DNA of 63,817 nucleotides, filler included, from Octopus bimaculoides (taxonomy: Eukaryota), in the NCBI RefSeq assembly GCF_001194135.2. It is 7 parts of 6 records of this genome, joined end to end, with 100 filler letters (N's around TTAATTAATTAA, not from the genome) between each part and the next. Parts side by side here need not be neighbours in the genome. Positions count along the whole stretch, not along the records: positions 1 to 31,394 come from NC_068991.1; positions 31,495 to 46,265 come from NC_068983.1; 5 more parts are not named here. One strand, written 5' to 3'. Positions 24,089 to 36,454 of this stretch are shown one piece after another. The translations under genes were made by a program, and so were the position numbers. Within the stretch, counting starts at the first letter, position 1, and each line of letters begins with the position of its first letter. The notes under the pieces are model-generated. The model had not been told where the DNA came from, did not search any database, and saw only the letters and a program-made list of their open reading frames with translations.

Positions 24089-24719
24089 NNNNNNNNNNGT
24101 ATTAATTTGTATAGGTTATGCAATTTCGTTCTTTACTTTCCGTTGTTTATTTTATATTTTCAGTATATATTTAGCCCGTGTCCAGAAATCTGGACCACCT
24201 ATAGTCTCATAGTAGCTGTATAAGATGCTCGGTACCTGTGTATGTATGTATGTATAAGAAGGAATGACCACTAAGAGGACATCCGATATGCTAGAAAAAG
24301 ATCATCTACGATCTAACCACAAAGAAAAGAATGTTCTCCAGAAAAAAATTAGCAAACACCAGAACATAAGCAGGCAAGACAAAAACCTCCGTGGACGCCA
24401 CGGACGTTTTTACGTAAGTACAAGAGTTAATGGCGAAACCCGGTCTACGATTAATTCTTTATTTTGTATATTTTCATTTGTCTTGCCCGCTTATGTTTTA
24501 GTGTTTGCCTTTTATCCGTTCGGAGTCGATAAAATAAGTACCAACTGTGCATCTGAGTTGATGCTATCGACTTACCCCACCACTAATTGCTGGCCTTGTG
24601 ACAAAATTTGTAACCAATATATATTTACTCGTACGTAACCATATAACCTTTTAAAAGTCTTTGTATGCATGTGTGTTTGTATGTGTGTGACTGTGTCTCT
24701 GTTTTGTTGTCTGTTTTAT

Positions 24720-24890
24720 GTTAACAATCGGGGTTGGTTTTTAACGGATCTCTGCGCCAGAAAAGCCGAACATAAAACAATTCAAGCAATTACTAGGATC
24801 GATTCGATCCATTAAACTCTTTAAGGCGGGAACCCCGCATGGCCGCAATCCATTGAGGGAAACAAGTGAAAGAATAAAAGACGAATACAT
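24720..24890 (+). mobile_element. SINE family B, degenerate 3' half
   Basis: GGATCGATTCGATCC..AAGGCGGGAACCCCGCATGGCCGCAATCC..GAAACAAGTGAAAGA. Confidence 0.6.
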
Positions 24891-25364
24891 ACGCACATAC
24901 GTGTATGTATGTATGTATGTATGTATGTATATACAGACAAACAAACAGACAGACAAACAGACAGACAAATAGATAGATACGTTAGTAACGAGCTGGAAGA
25001 ATGGGTTCTCAACACTCAAACACACAGAAGTTTAAAAACGTAAATGTAAAATAAAAAAATGAAAATCTGTTGCGATGGAACGAAATCATTGAAATCGTTA
25101 AAAAATCCGCAGTAGTTTGGCGAAAATTTTATGGCAATGTAATCAATAAATATTTTATTGATTACTAATTAATTAATTAATTAACAATCAACCTGAAACA
25201 GTGCGTGTTATTTTATTGGCAATATGATTCGCTATCTCTTAGGTTGATGTAATCGACTTAAGTCCACTCCTGAAATTGCTGGCCTGGTGCCAAAATTTAA
25301 AATCAATATGGTCCTTTTTCCCAAATACTCACACACGCACACATAAGAGTGGTAGTGAATATTT

Positions 25365-25620
25365 CAGCCGTAGGACGCATAGGACCGGTTATTCGGGTTC
25401 CATTGCAGGCAAGTGACCGAGATCACAAAAATCCCTACTCTTAGCGGGGAAACCAGTACGTCGCAGGGTTACTCATTTACAGATGCAATGAAGTGGAACA
25501 ACGTGAAATGAAATGCTTTGCCCAAGAACACAGCGCACCACTCGGTCCGGGAATCGAAACCACGACCGTACGATCATAAATGCAACACCTTATCCACTGG
25601 GCCACGCGCGTTCACGTCGA
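25365..25620 (-). mobile_element. SINE family D (tRNA head, V-domain-like body), degenerate
   Basis: Minus strand GTGGCCCAGTGGATAAGG (A box), GGTTTCGATTCCC (B box), TTCTTGGGCAAAGCA.., then AATGAGTAACCCTGCGACGTACTGG, reminiscent of the V-SINE core. Confidence 0.7.
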
Positions 25621-26279
25621 ACGCAAACGAAAGCAACGGACATACTTTCTTTTTTTCCTCCCTCTTTCACTCTCCTGACTCAGCCATACACGTTCACAGT
25701 TACAACATTTTTTTATCAAAATAAAGAGGAAAACCTGTTTTACCCACACGAGGCGAAACTACAGGTAACGAAATCTCAGGAGGAAAATTAATTCTCGTAA
25801 TTGCCTTCAATTTATTTCATGGGAATCCAACGATTCAGTTTTCAATGACGCGACAGCGCTAATAATAAACTTTCTACCTTTCTTTCTAGCATTATAACAT
25901 TTATAATTCTATATCTTTAACTCTTATTTACATTACTTTCTGATCCTTCTTTTTTTTTTTCCTTTCGTGTTTTCGTATTTACTTCCCAACGTCTTTTATC
26001 GCTACGATTTTTTTTTATTCTCTTTCCCTTTCATCTCGTATATTTTTCCTTGCTCGCTTCCTTCATTCCCGTTTAGACTGTATTTCCATTTCCCACCTAA
26101 CTATGTTGCATTATCAGTTCGTATGCTATCGATAATCTTGATAAGCAAGCAGTAGGAAGAAGCTCTAACACCGAAGGGGATTCGCTAATTTTACATTAAT
26201 TACTTATATACAAAACGATGCAAAGGTATAACTTCTATTTGCAGAAAATCTACCACCTCTTGGGACGCGTTTGTATGTA

Positions 26280-26281
26280 TG

Positions 26282-26366
<85 letters not shown>

Positions 26367-26498
26367 AAGCTCTGATAGTGAACGTTGTGCATTTCAGAGA
26401 AACTTGAGTAAGTTCTGTGGAGATTGATAATGAGGATTGCTATTAATGCACATCACATTTGTCTAAACACTGTCGAGAAATCGCTTAATTGCTTTACT

Positions 26499-26545
<47 letters not shown>

Positions 26546-26807
26546 TATTATTATACTTATGTCATAATCATAATCATCGTCGCCATCATCATCACCATCA
26601 TCATCTTCATCATCGTTGTCGTCGTCGCCTTCGTCGTGTTATCGACATAACTGTCGCCATTATCATATCCACCAGCCTCCTTAACATCATTCCAGCCCCC
26701 AGCCACACATAACTTCGTCTTCCTCCTCATCCTCTCCTCCTCATCCTCACCATATCATCATCATGATCATCATGATCATCATGATCATCATGATCATCAT
26801 GATCATG

Positions 26808-26856
<49 letters not shown>

Positions 26857-26865
26857 CCATCCATA
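26280..26865. repeat. (GT)n, (CAT)n and (ATCATCATG)n microsatellites
   Basis: Visible runs. Confidence 0.93.
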
Positions 26866-27185
26866 AAAAAATATAAGATGTACAAAGCGGTGAGGAAACG
26901 TGATTCTGTCACTGTTATCGTAATTTCTAAAGGCATCAAAAAGTGTCAGTTTAGTGAAGTAATTACAGCCGGGAATTGAAACTGCGTCAGTGAGTTTGAT
27001 TTGCCAGTGTTCAGTTACATCATAAGATCCATACACCACCTTACACCTTAACCCGCTGTTATCTTCGTACCCACATAATCTCAGGTATACAGAGAGGAAA
27101 CATAAGTATAAACGACTACAATCTTACTACGTAATTCTGTTAAAGACTTAGGAGCTTCCAAGTTTCTGCTTTTCCCATAACAATA

Positions 27186-27937
27186 ATTATTTAAATTGAG
27201 ATACAAGGTCAGTGATTTTTGTGGGTGTGGTCTCAGCCGATTACATCAACCCCCCCCCCTCCAGTACTTTACTGGTACTTGTTTTATCAATTCTGAAAGG
27301 ATGAAAGGTAAAGTTGACGTCAGCAGTATTTGAACCTAAAATGGGAAGTGTTGGGAAAAAATGACACAAAACCTTTCGTCCGACACCATAACGATTCTGC
27401 CAGCTCACCATCCTTCCAGTAGTAATATTAACAGTTAGTATTAAGGATTACTAATCCTTAATACAAAGGGTTATTATTACTACTAGAATTATCATTAAAA
27501 ACACAAGGCTGAAATTTTGGGAGTAGGGAGATAATCGATTACATCGATCCCATTGTTGAAATGATATTATTTTTTGACACCCTCCTCGAATGTATGAAAG
27601 ACAAGAATCAACCTCGGCAAAATTTGAACTCGGAATGCAAAGACAGACGAAACGCCGCTAAGCATTTCACCCGGAGTGCTAACGATTCTGTCAGTTGGCT
27701 GCTATGAGATCTAACAACATATTGGTTTCGAATTTTGGTACAAAGTCAGCAAGTTCGGCGGAGGAAGGAAGTAGATTACATCAACCCCAGCCCACAAATG
27801 GTACTTATTTTATTGATCCCGAAATCATGAAAGACAAAGTCGATCTCGGCAGAATTTGAACTCAGAACGCAGAGATGGACGAAACACCGCTAAGCATTTT
27901 GCGAGGCGTGTTAACGATTCTGCCAGCTTACCGCCTT
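27186..27937 (-). mobile_element. Three head-to-tail SINE A copies (~27186-27414, ~27488-27702, ~27715-27937)
   Basis: Each has tail, core (ATGAAAG.CAAAGT.GA), GAATTTGAACTC and head (AACGATTCTG.CAG.T). Confidence 0.85.
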
Positions 27938-28689
27938 CAACTCTGAAAATATATTAACCGATCAAAAACCACATAAAAGTTAACTTCAAGAGTAACTAAT
28001 ATGTATCTTCTTCAGTGTAATTGTTTATGTTTCACTAATCAGTCTTCGATAAAATTACCAAGAAAGTACATCTTCGAGAATATTTTAATAAATTCTTCAT
28101 TATTTTTAAAATCAAAAGAAACAAAGGGAGGATGTTATTTTAGCAGAATTATAACAACGAAAGGATTACTAATTAATTTAATGAATTTCTTACTTCGATT
28201 GATCGAACGATTGCAAAATTATGGGACGAAATCCTATTCGAGCTGTCCGAGTCAATCTTACTTTTCAGCACTCGAACAAATGTCAACCAAGCAATGGAAT
28301 CAGTTGATTAACCAACACATTTCCAAAATGATATATTTTATTTTCTAAAGAATAGAATAATCATTTTTAATACAGCTGTCTTCGTTTTATCACTAATTCA
28401 TTCATCACTGATCCAGGATAAGACAGTACGCTCAGTTGTGAACCATGTCTCGCTAATCACGAATTGATCTGTGATAACACGGGTCAGAGATCAGTCAATG
28501 ATTGTGCTTAGTCTGCGAAATGGCGTTGTGTGACTATCCACAAGTGCTCAGGACAACTCCAGGTCTCGGAACGAAACCTATTTTTCTCCATATGTTCTAA
28601 TATTAATTTACCACAGAATTATGGAACACGATGTTTTGTGGAACCAAACAACCATGATAATCAAGTATAGATGCGTTCACTCAAAACCC

Positions 28690-28860
28690 CAAGCATTTGT
28701 TGGATTGGAAGTCTTATCCAGTATTTGACTAGCATTAATTTCATCGACGATGTCAGGAAGAATAGATAAGTCGACTTCGCCGGAATTTGAACTGAAAACC
28801 GGAAAGAAATGTAGCCAAATGTAAAACAATTTGGGGAACACTATGGATTCTGCTAGTGCA
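28690..28860 (-). mobile_element. SINE A, degenerate
   Basis: AAGTCGACTTCGCCGGAATTTGAACTG..GGATTCTGCTAG. Confidence 0.55.
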
Positions 28861-29063
28861 CCCCCCCCCCCATACATACATACATACAAAAATATCCTGT
28901 TGTTGATGTTGAAATTCCAATGAAGGAGCCTTGGATCTAGGTTTGAAATAAACTGAATAATGGCACACACACACACATGCATACATGCATGCATACATAC
29001 AAACAAACAAACACACATACAAAACTTCCCAGAAGTTTATTATTTAAGTATATATGCCCATGT

Positions 29064-29369
29064 TACAATGGCCCAGTGGTTAGGGCAGCGGACACGTGGT
29101 CGGAGGATCGCCGTTTCGATTCCCGGACCGGGCGTTGTATGTGTTTATTGAGCGAATACACCTAAAACTCCATGAGGCTCCAGCAGGGGGTAGTGGCGAC
29201 CCCTGTTGTACTCTTTCGCCTCAACTTTCTCTCACTCTTTCTTCCTGCTTCTTGAGTAATGCTGCAATGGACTGGCGTTCCGTCCAGCTGGAGGGGAACA
29301 CAGACGCCATAGAAACCGGGAAAGCGGGCCCATGAGCCTGACAAGGCTTTAAAAGGGCGCACAAAAAAA
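29064..29369 (+). mobile_element. SINE family C variant (C head, V-domain-like 3' module) with a 14-bp TSD
   Basis: A box TGGCCCAGTGG, B box GTTTCGATTCC; 3' module GCAATGGACTGGCGTTCCGTCCAG..AGAAACCGGG; flanks ATATATGCCCATGT (29050-29063) and ATATATGCCTATGT (29370-29383). Confidence 0.85.
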
Positions 29370-30813
29370 ATATATGCCTATGTCTAGACATGCAACTATA
29401 TGCATGGGAACACATGCATATAACAAAACATACAAATCTACACATGCGCTGACTCCAAATACTGCTCATATACATACATATATACATGCAAAAATACCGT
29501 GTTAATGTTGTTGAAATTCCAGTGAAACAGCCTGAGACCTAGGTTAGAAACCAGCTCTTTCTCTATTGTGTACGTGTATGTGTGCGTGTGTGTGTGTGTG
29601 TGTGTGTTTGTGTTTGTGTAGTGTGTGTATGTGTTTGGTCGGTTGGTTGTTAGCGTGTGGGTGTGTTATGCATGTAAGTCATCTGGTGGATATTTGACTG
29701 CAATTGTCATTTCTTTCGTAGAAAAAACAGCCCCGAAGAAGATATATTTCGCTTAAGAGTGCGGGGCATATAGTCTTACCTTGATACTGATTTCTTAGGA
29801 ACAAGATACGTAGCACTCTCGTGTGTATCATCGGCAAAATATTGAATCACAAACCTGCCAAAAGATCGGCTTACCTAAAGTTCGAATGAACTTAGCAGTC
29901 ATAAAACAATATTGCCTAACAGTATATTGAAGATTAACATAATTACTATTAATATCACTTCTGGGTAACCGTAGGAAATCGACGGCTGATGAATAATTTT
30001 AGGGTTAATTAGCTTAAAAGCCGCACTCTGTGCGCCCCAAAGTTAAGGACAGCTAAATAGCATGACAATAATACGTCTATAATGACTATATTCCCCGGTG
30101 GTGTTTGATCAGAGGTAGAGGACGGATGAGAATTAATTCGGTTGTGCTATTGTTACAATCCCAAGTTGAATTCCAAATGTTAGCCAATAATATCCCAAAG
30201 TTCTTATTTCGACGTAAAATTAACCAAGCAAATGTCAATTATCTCCCTCTTGATCTCTGACGTCATCTGACAAATGCCAACCAGGATGGCGTGAATTAGC
30301 CAAGCTTTAGCTGCTAGAAAGAGCAACTCAAATACTTTTCACTCAGATCCTATTGGTGTATGTTCAAGAACCAAATGAATGGCAGATTTTCAATCCTGTG
30401 ATTATCCTGATTCCAAAAAAAAAAAAAAAAAAATGGTATAATATGTCTATGTAGAGCAAGTGTAGACTGAGATACAGGGATCCCAGACGGAGAGACAGAA
30501 TTTCGTTTTTATAATTGTAGATTATGTATAAAATATATTTGAAGGGATTATTAAAATAAAATACATAATATGTTGGCTAATCTAAATATAGCATTTTACC
30601 TTCAAATTTGATTCTACATTTTGCTGATGTTTTCCATTGACATAAATACGACCCAAACTAAATTGCACTTCCTTATCGAAGTTCTGACGAAGCCATAACA
30701 TGATATACATGCACTGAACTATGAGCACATTGCATCTTATAGCAGAAACAGCTATAAGCTAATGTAGTTCATTACAAAATGTCTTGTCTCCTTGATATAT
30801 ATACACACATACA

Positions 30814-30848
<35 letters not shown>

Positions 30849-31039
30849 GGAGAATTTCAGATAGGTTCAACAATCTAATTATACATATATTCTGCCACAG
30901 ATCAATGCATATAAGTCTTTAGAATAAACCAATGTATCAGTCGTTAGAATATTAAAACATTAAAAATTCATGAATACACAAATATATAAAAATCTAATAT
31001 ACATATATAGGCTTTGGGTGACCCGAGGTTATAAGCAGA

Positions 31040-31129
31040 AAATATTTGCCCAAGGAGCCACTCGGCGGGACTGAACCGGAACCATGTGGTTGGGAAGCAA
31101 GCTTCTTAGCAGACAGCCACGTCTGCGTC
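31040..31129 (-). mobile_element. SINE family B, 5' head
   Basis: GGGACTGAACCGGAACCATGTGGTTGGGAAGCAAGCTTCTT..ACAGCCACGTCTGCG. Confidence 0.8.
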
Positions 31130-31242
31130 TATATATGTACTTATATATACATGCGTATATATTTAGAAAGAGAGAGAGAGATGGAGAAATAGAGATGGGG
31201 AGGGGGGAGGAGATGGGTATATAGATAGATAGGTAGATAGAT

Positions 31243-31394
31243 ACATTTCTTTTATTAGCCACACAGGGCTCAACGAAGATGGGACAAATACAATGTAGAG
31301 CTTTTCTTTTTGGGAGGGGGAAGGAAAGAAAAAGGGGGTGTGTCGATCAAAAGGGATCGTAGGAAGGAAAAAGGGGGGAGTTCGATCAAAAGGG
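31243..31394 (-). mobile_element. Probable LINE 3' UTR end
   Basis: Minus strand is pyrimidine-rich and ends GCCCTGTGTGGCTAATAAAAGAAAT; a similar end (GCCCTTGTGGCCAATAAAA) lies at ~63570-63590 (+). Clade not determined. Confidence 0.4.
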
Positions 31395-31494
31395 NNNNNN
31401 NNNNNNNNNNNNNNNNNNNNNNNNNNNNNNNNNNNNNNTTAATTAATTAANNNNNNNNNNNNNNNNNNNNNNNNNNNNNNNNNNNNNNNNNNNN

Positions 31495-31810
31495 TTACTA
31501 CCTAGCTCAGATACCAGGAAACTCCAAAATGGCTGAAGTTCAAAAGATAGTGCTCATGGGAACTGCCCATATCCTACGTAAAATACTGTCTATGTGATCT
31601 CAAATTTTAAAGCAAACACATAATTTTCTTATGGTTTCTTAAACATTCTCAAGAACAACACTATGTACAAATCCAAATATATGGTACCCTAGGCATAACA
31701 CCTACATGAACTTCTAACTTGTTGTCTCTTGAGGTCTCTGGGTGAGACTTGGATCCAACTTGTACAAATGCAAAACAAAAGTGAAACATAAAATAATAAT
31801 AATAGTAATA
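31495..31810 (+). mobile_element. 3' end of an R4/Dong-clade LINE with a (TAA)n tail
   Basis: YLAQIPGNSKMAEVQKIVLMGTAHILRKILSM* is the typical R4/Dong C-terminus, followed by a 3' UTR and AATAATAATAATAG. Confidence 0.8.
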
Positions 31811-34535
31811 AAACAACATCAATAATAAATAGCATAAACCTGACCGTCACGGAACTAATAACCACAGAAACAAATGGCAATATCACTGAGCTAAATGACA
31901 TAATATATGCAGCAGACACTGCAGCCACAAAAGAAGCAGGATACTCCCTCAGACCCATCCAAACAGGAGTTCCACCACCCAAACAAACCATGTGGATAAA
32001 TAATATTCCCAAAAAATTTTTTTAAGGAGAAAAGATCTGTCGATTCTTAGAGAAATTAATAGACAATCAACACTACTAAGTAACAAGAAGAAAACAAAAA
32101 TGCTGTGCAAATACATTACAGAAAAAGATTTACCTGAAGTAAAAGAAAAACTAAAGCAAGATATCCTTGCCAAAGCACAAAGGATCCGTCGGTATGATAA
32201 ACGCCAATGTTTCTTTGAACAAAACTCCAACCCCCAAAAATTCTACCAAGAACTTGGCAAAAATAAAATAAACATCAATGCAACACCAACAGCAGAAGTG
32301 GAAGAATTTTGGAAAGAAATATGGTCGGTGAAGGAACAACCTCAGAAAAGGACTATTAAAACAACGAACTTAGAACCCGAGCAACTGTGGACCCCAATAA
32401 CAACTGAAGAGGTCACCCAGGCACTGCAAAGTCGAAGCAACTGGAAGGCACTTGAGCACAACAAGATCCCCAGCTTCTGGTTAAAATATCTGACAGGAAT
32501 ACACAAAAAGTTGGCTGAAAACTTTAACGACATACTAATAGATCCAGAGACAATGCTTGAATGGCTCACGAAAGGGAAAGCTATCCTAATTCCCAAATCC
32601 ACTGAAACTGCAAAACCACAAAACTACAGACCTATAACCTGTCTCTCTACAATCTACAAAGCCTTTACTGCAATAATATCGCAGAGATTGAGCAAGCGCC
32701 TGGAAGAAAACAACCTGTTTCCAGAAGAGCAGAAGGGATGCTGCAAGGGCTCATACGGCTGTAAAGAACAATTAATGATCAATAAAGCCATAACTGAAGA
32801 CAGCCGCAGAAAGAAGAAAGGCCTCAGTATGGCCTGGATCGACTACCGAAAGGCTTTTGATACTGTTCCCCAAACGTGGATCCTCGAAACACTAGCCATA
32901 AACAAGGTAGCACCAATAATTATAAAATACATAAGACACTCTATGAATAAATGGCAGACAGTGGTACAGTTCCAAACAAAAGAGGGACTCGTGAAAACCA
33001 AAGCCATCCCCATTAGAAGAGGAATATTCCAAGGAGACACTCTCTATCCACTCCTGTTCTGCTTGGCACTCACACCTTTAACTGACTTGCTAAATAGAAC
33101 TGGCTGCGGATACAAATGTTACGGCAAAACAATCAGCCACCTTTTATATATGGATGACCTAAAATTATACGCTACAAGTGATAAACAGCTGGAAACGCTA
33201 CTACAGACAGTACATGGATTTACCAAAGAAATAGATATGAAATTTGGATTAGAAATATGTGCCAAAGCAACCCTGAAAAGAGGAAAACTAGTTAAGAGTA
33301 GCAACATCACACTAGATAAAGCCAATGAAATAAGAGAATTAAACCAAAGCCAGGCATATAAATATTTAGGAATCAATGAACTAAATAGGATACAACATAC
33401 ACAAATGAAAGAGAAAATAAAGAAAGAATACTATAGACGAGTTAGATCAAAACTAAAAACAGAGCTCAATGTTAAAAACAAAATAATAGGTATTAACACT
33501 ATAGCCGTCCCAGTTATAAGTTACAGTTACAATATCCTTAACTGGACACTAAATGAACTAACCAAAATAGACAGGAAAACAAGAAAAATAATGACAGGAT
33601 CTAGGATGCACCACCCAAAATCTGACAAAAGGTGGTAGAGGCCTTATACAACTGGAGAACTATTATAAAATAACCACCATAGGACTGCAAAAATACCTAC
33701 TTCAGAAGCAAGGAAAACTAATACACATAGCCACAAAGCACAAGCAAAACAAAAAAGCTGTTTTCAGTATTTAAGGAAGCTGACAAATACAAACAAGAAA
33801 TCATACTACCTAACAAATATGAAGAAGAAGAAGAAACAACAAAAGCTATGAAACAAATGAAATCCAAACTAAAACTAGAACAGCAACGGACCATGATAAA
33901 ACGATGGCAAGAAAAGCCCCTTCATGGCAAATACTGGGCTAAACTAAATGCAAAAGAAATAGACAGAGAAAAATCTCAGCAATGGTTGAGAAGCTGAGAA
34001 CTCAAAGCAGAGACTGAAGAATTTTTGATTGCAGCACAAGACCAAAGCTTCCCCACCAGAAATTACAAAAAACATATAATGAAAAGAAACATAACAAGTA
34101 ACTGCAGAATATGTGGAGATGGACAAGAAACAATAAATCATATTATCTCTGGCTCTCCAGTACTGGCTATGAAAGTATATATTCACAGACACGACAGAAC
34201 TGGGACCTACATACACTGGAAGCTATGCCAACACTATGGAATAACAACAGAAAAAAGATGGTATAGACACACGCCAGAAAAGGTCACAGAAAACGAGAAA
34301 GCAACCATACTCTGGAATATGCCAATACACACAGATAGAGAAATTACGGCCAATATGCCAGATATAGTTGTCAGAGATCACGAAGGAAAAAAATGCTTTC
34401 TAATTGATGTATCAATACCAGCAGATGACAACGTTTCTCTAAAAGAAATTGAGAAACTTTCAAAATACAAAGACCTGGAAATAGAAGTAACTCGAACGTG
34501 GAATCTAAAAACAGAAACAATTCCTATCATGGTAA
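31811..34535 (+). mobile_element. R4/Dong-clade non-LTR retrotransposon (RT, zinc knuckle, restriction-like endonuclease), truncated at both ends
   Basis: 512-aa ORF 32100-33638 with NYRPITCL, WIDYRKAFDTVP, RRGIFQGDTLYP and HLLYMDDLKLY; downstream CRICG..ETINHIISG..RHD and PDIVV..CFLIDVSIP..EKLSKYKDL; frameshifts after 33638. Confidence 0.92.
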
Positions 34536-35464
34536 GTGTGTGGGGTATATAAGGGACTTTACATGAAGAAGATACAATTATATACAAAAAATAATGTGCA
34601 TATAATTAAAAAAAAATAGCGATGTAGAAAACCCATAACAAATAAAACCTAATATAGTTTTCAAAAGTACACTCTGATATTTTTAGAGTTAGATTAGGCG
34701 AGAACATCCTACGATTCTACGCTTCCATTATTGCCCATGCACAAGCAGAGTGCACTCAGATACATCCGTCGATATATGTTTTGTTTTTTTTTTATCTAAA
34801 ATACATTCAAGATTTTAAATGACTACTTAATTAAGAAGCCTGAAAATTTTACCAAATGCAGAAATAGTTGATTTTAATTGAACAATGAACAGATTACATG
34901 TATAATATACTACTGTAGTCATAGTCGTTTATCTTATAGCATACTGGATTCCACATGCCTATTTTGTATTACACATCTTTACACCTACACACTATCTATC
35001 CCGCTACAATCAATATGTCACTCAAGAAATATATATTATGAGTGACATAATCGATCTAAAAAATTCCTACTTGCTTCCAAAATCGCAGTGTAAAATAATT
35101 TATGAATATAATACACCAATCTCAAATAAGGCTATGCGTGAGTGCATTTATTTGTGTATGTATGTGTGTGTTTGGGTGTGTTTGGGTGTGTGCGTGTTTG
35201 GGTGTGTGTGTTTGGGAGTGTGTGTGTAATAATATGCGTTCTAATGCTAATAGAACACACAGTAATATAAATGCTATAACGGAAATAACAGGACAGAATG
35301 ATCCTACCAATTTACATAACGATAACAGTGTCAATATATTCTTAAAAATAAAACTAGTGGAAATAATGATACTAATAATAGCAATTTTACTACTACTAAT
35401 AACATAATAGTTATAGTAACAATGATAGTAGCAATAATGATAATAATTATAGCACTAATTTCAC

Positions 35465-35675
35465 AAATATTGGTTTTAAGTTTTGGCACAAGGCCAGCAA
35501 CTTCGGAGATGGGGCCAGTCGATTACATCTTATTTTACACCTTATTTTATCGACCCCGAAAAAATGAAAGGCAAAGTCGTCCTCGGCGGAATTTGAACTC
35601 AGAAGGTAGAGACGGACAACATGCCGCTAAACATTTTGCTCGGCATGCTAACGATTCTGTCAGCTAGACGCCTTG
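35465..35675 (-). mobile_element. SINE A
   Basis: TTTTGGCACAAGGCCAGCAA..ATGAAAGGCAAAGTCG..CGGCGGAATTTGAACTCAG..GCTAACGATTCTGTCAGCT. Confidence 0.85.
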
Positions 35676-35729
35676 CTAATTATGCAAATACTAAAAGCAA
35701 GAATGATGCTGCAGAGCACCATTTTGTTA

Positions 35730-36427
35730 TTAGGTTGTCAAGAAAGTTCTTGCGGTTCTTAACCTTTAAATTCAGATGTACATATCTCGGCTCAAATGAA
35801 ACTTTATTAATCGAAATAAACACCATCAGAATCAAAACACTTTTGCCAACGCGAAACAAGTTTATTTATGCCAGTAGCGTAAAAATCCTGTGTTCTGGTG
35901 GCGATGAAGTCGTTGAAGGTGTATTTGGCATCGTCTTGGTTTTTGAAGCATTTCTCACGCAGGATGTTGTCGAGATGCTTGAAAAAGTGGTAGTCTGTAA
36001 GTGAGAGGTCTGGTGAGCATAGCGGATGAGGCAGAGTTTCGTAGCCCAATTCGTTCAACTTCTGCAGGGTCAGTTGTGCGACATGCGACCGAGCGTTGTC
36101 GTGGAGAAGAATTGGTCCTTTTCTATTAACCAATGCTGGCTGTTGTTGTCGGAGTTTCTTATGCATTTCATCTATTTGCAGACACTCATAAGGGTTTTGC
36201 CTGGATCCAAAAAGCTGTGATGGATGAGACCGGCCGCAGACCAAACAGTCACCATGACCTTCTTTTGGTGCAACTTTGGTTTCGGGAAGTACCGTGGAGC
36301 TTCGTCGACGTCCAACCACTGAGCTCAGCGTCGCCGATTGTCGTAAAGAATCCACTTTTCATCGCAAGTCACAATCCGGTTGGGAAACGGGTCGTTCTTG
36401 TTGCGTAAAAGAAGGAAAGACGACACT
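35730..36427 (-). mobile_element. Mariner transposon 3' half (Hsmar1-like)
   Basis: Right TIR TTAGGTTGTCAAGAAAGTTCTTGCGGTT after TA; translations VTCDEKWILYDN, ILLHDNARSH, HPLCSPDLSLTDYHFFKHLDN and INKLVSRWQKC..GVYFD. Confidence 0.92.
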
Positions 36428-36454
36428 TCAAGACGACACATATATATTTATATA

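Noticed and set aside
23906-24255. Exact ~155-bp direct repeat on both sides of a 10-N gap
   Set aside because: Identical copies abutting a minimal gap indicate an uncollapsed contig overlap. The same pattern occurs at ~2434-2515 and ~62730-62817.
31395-31494. TTAATTAATTAA centred in N runs, recurring at 31439, 46310, 50105, 53298, 61033 and 62332
   Set aside because: The same 12-mer sits between about 44 Ns on each side and has stops in all six frames, so it is an artificial scaffolding linker. Adjacency across these joins is uncertain.
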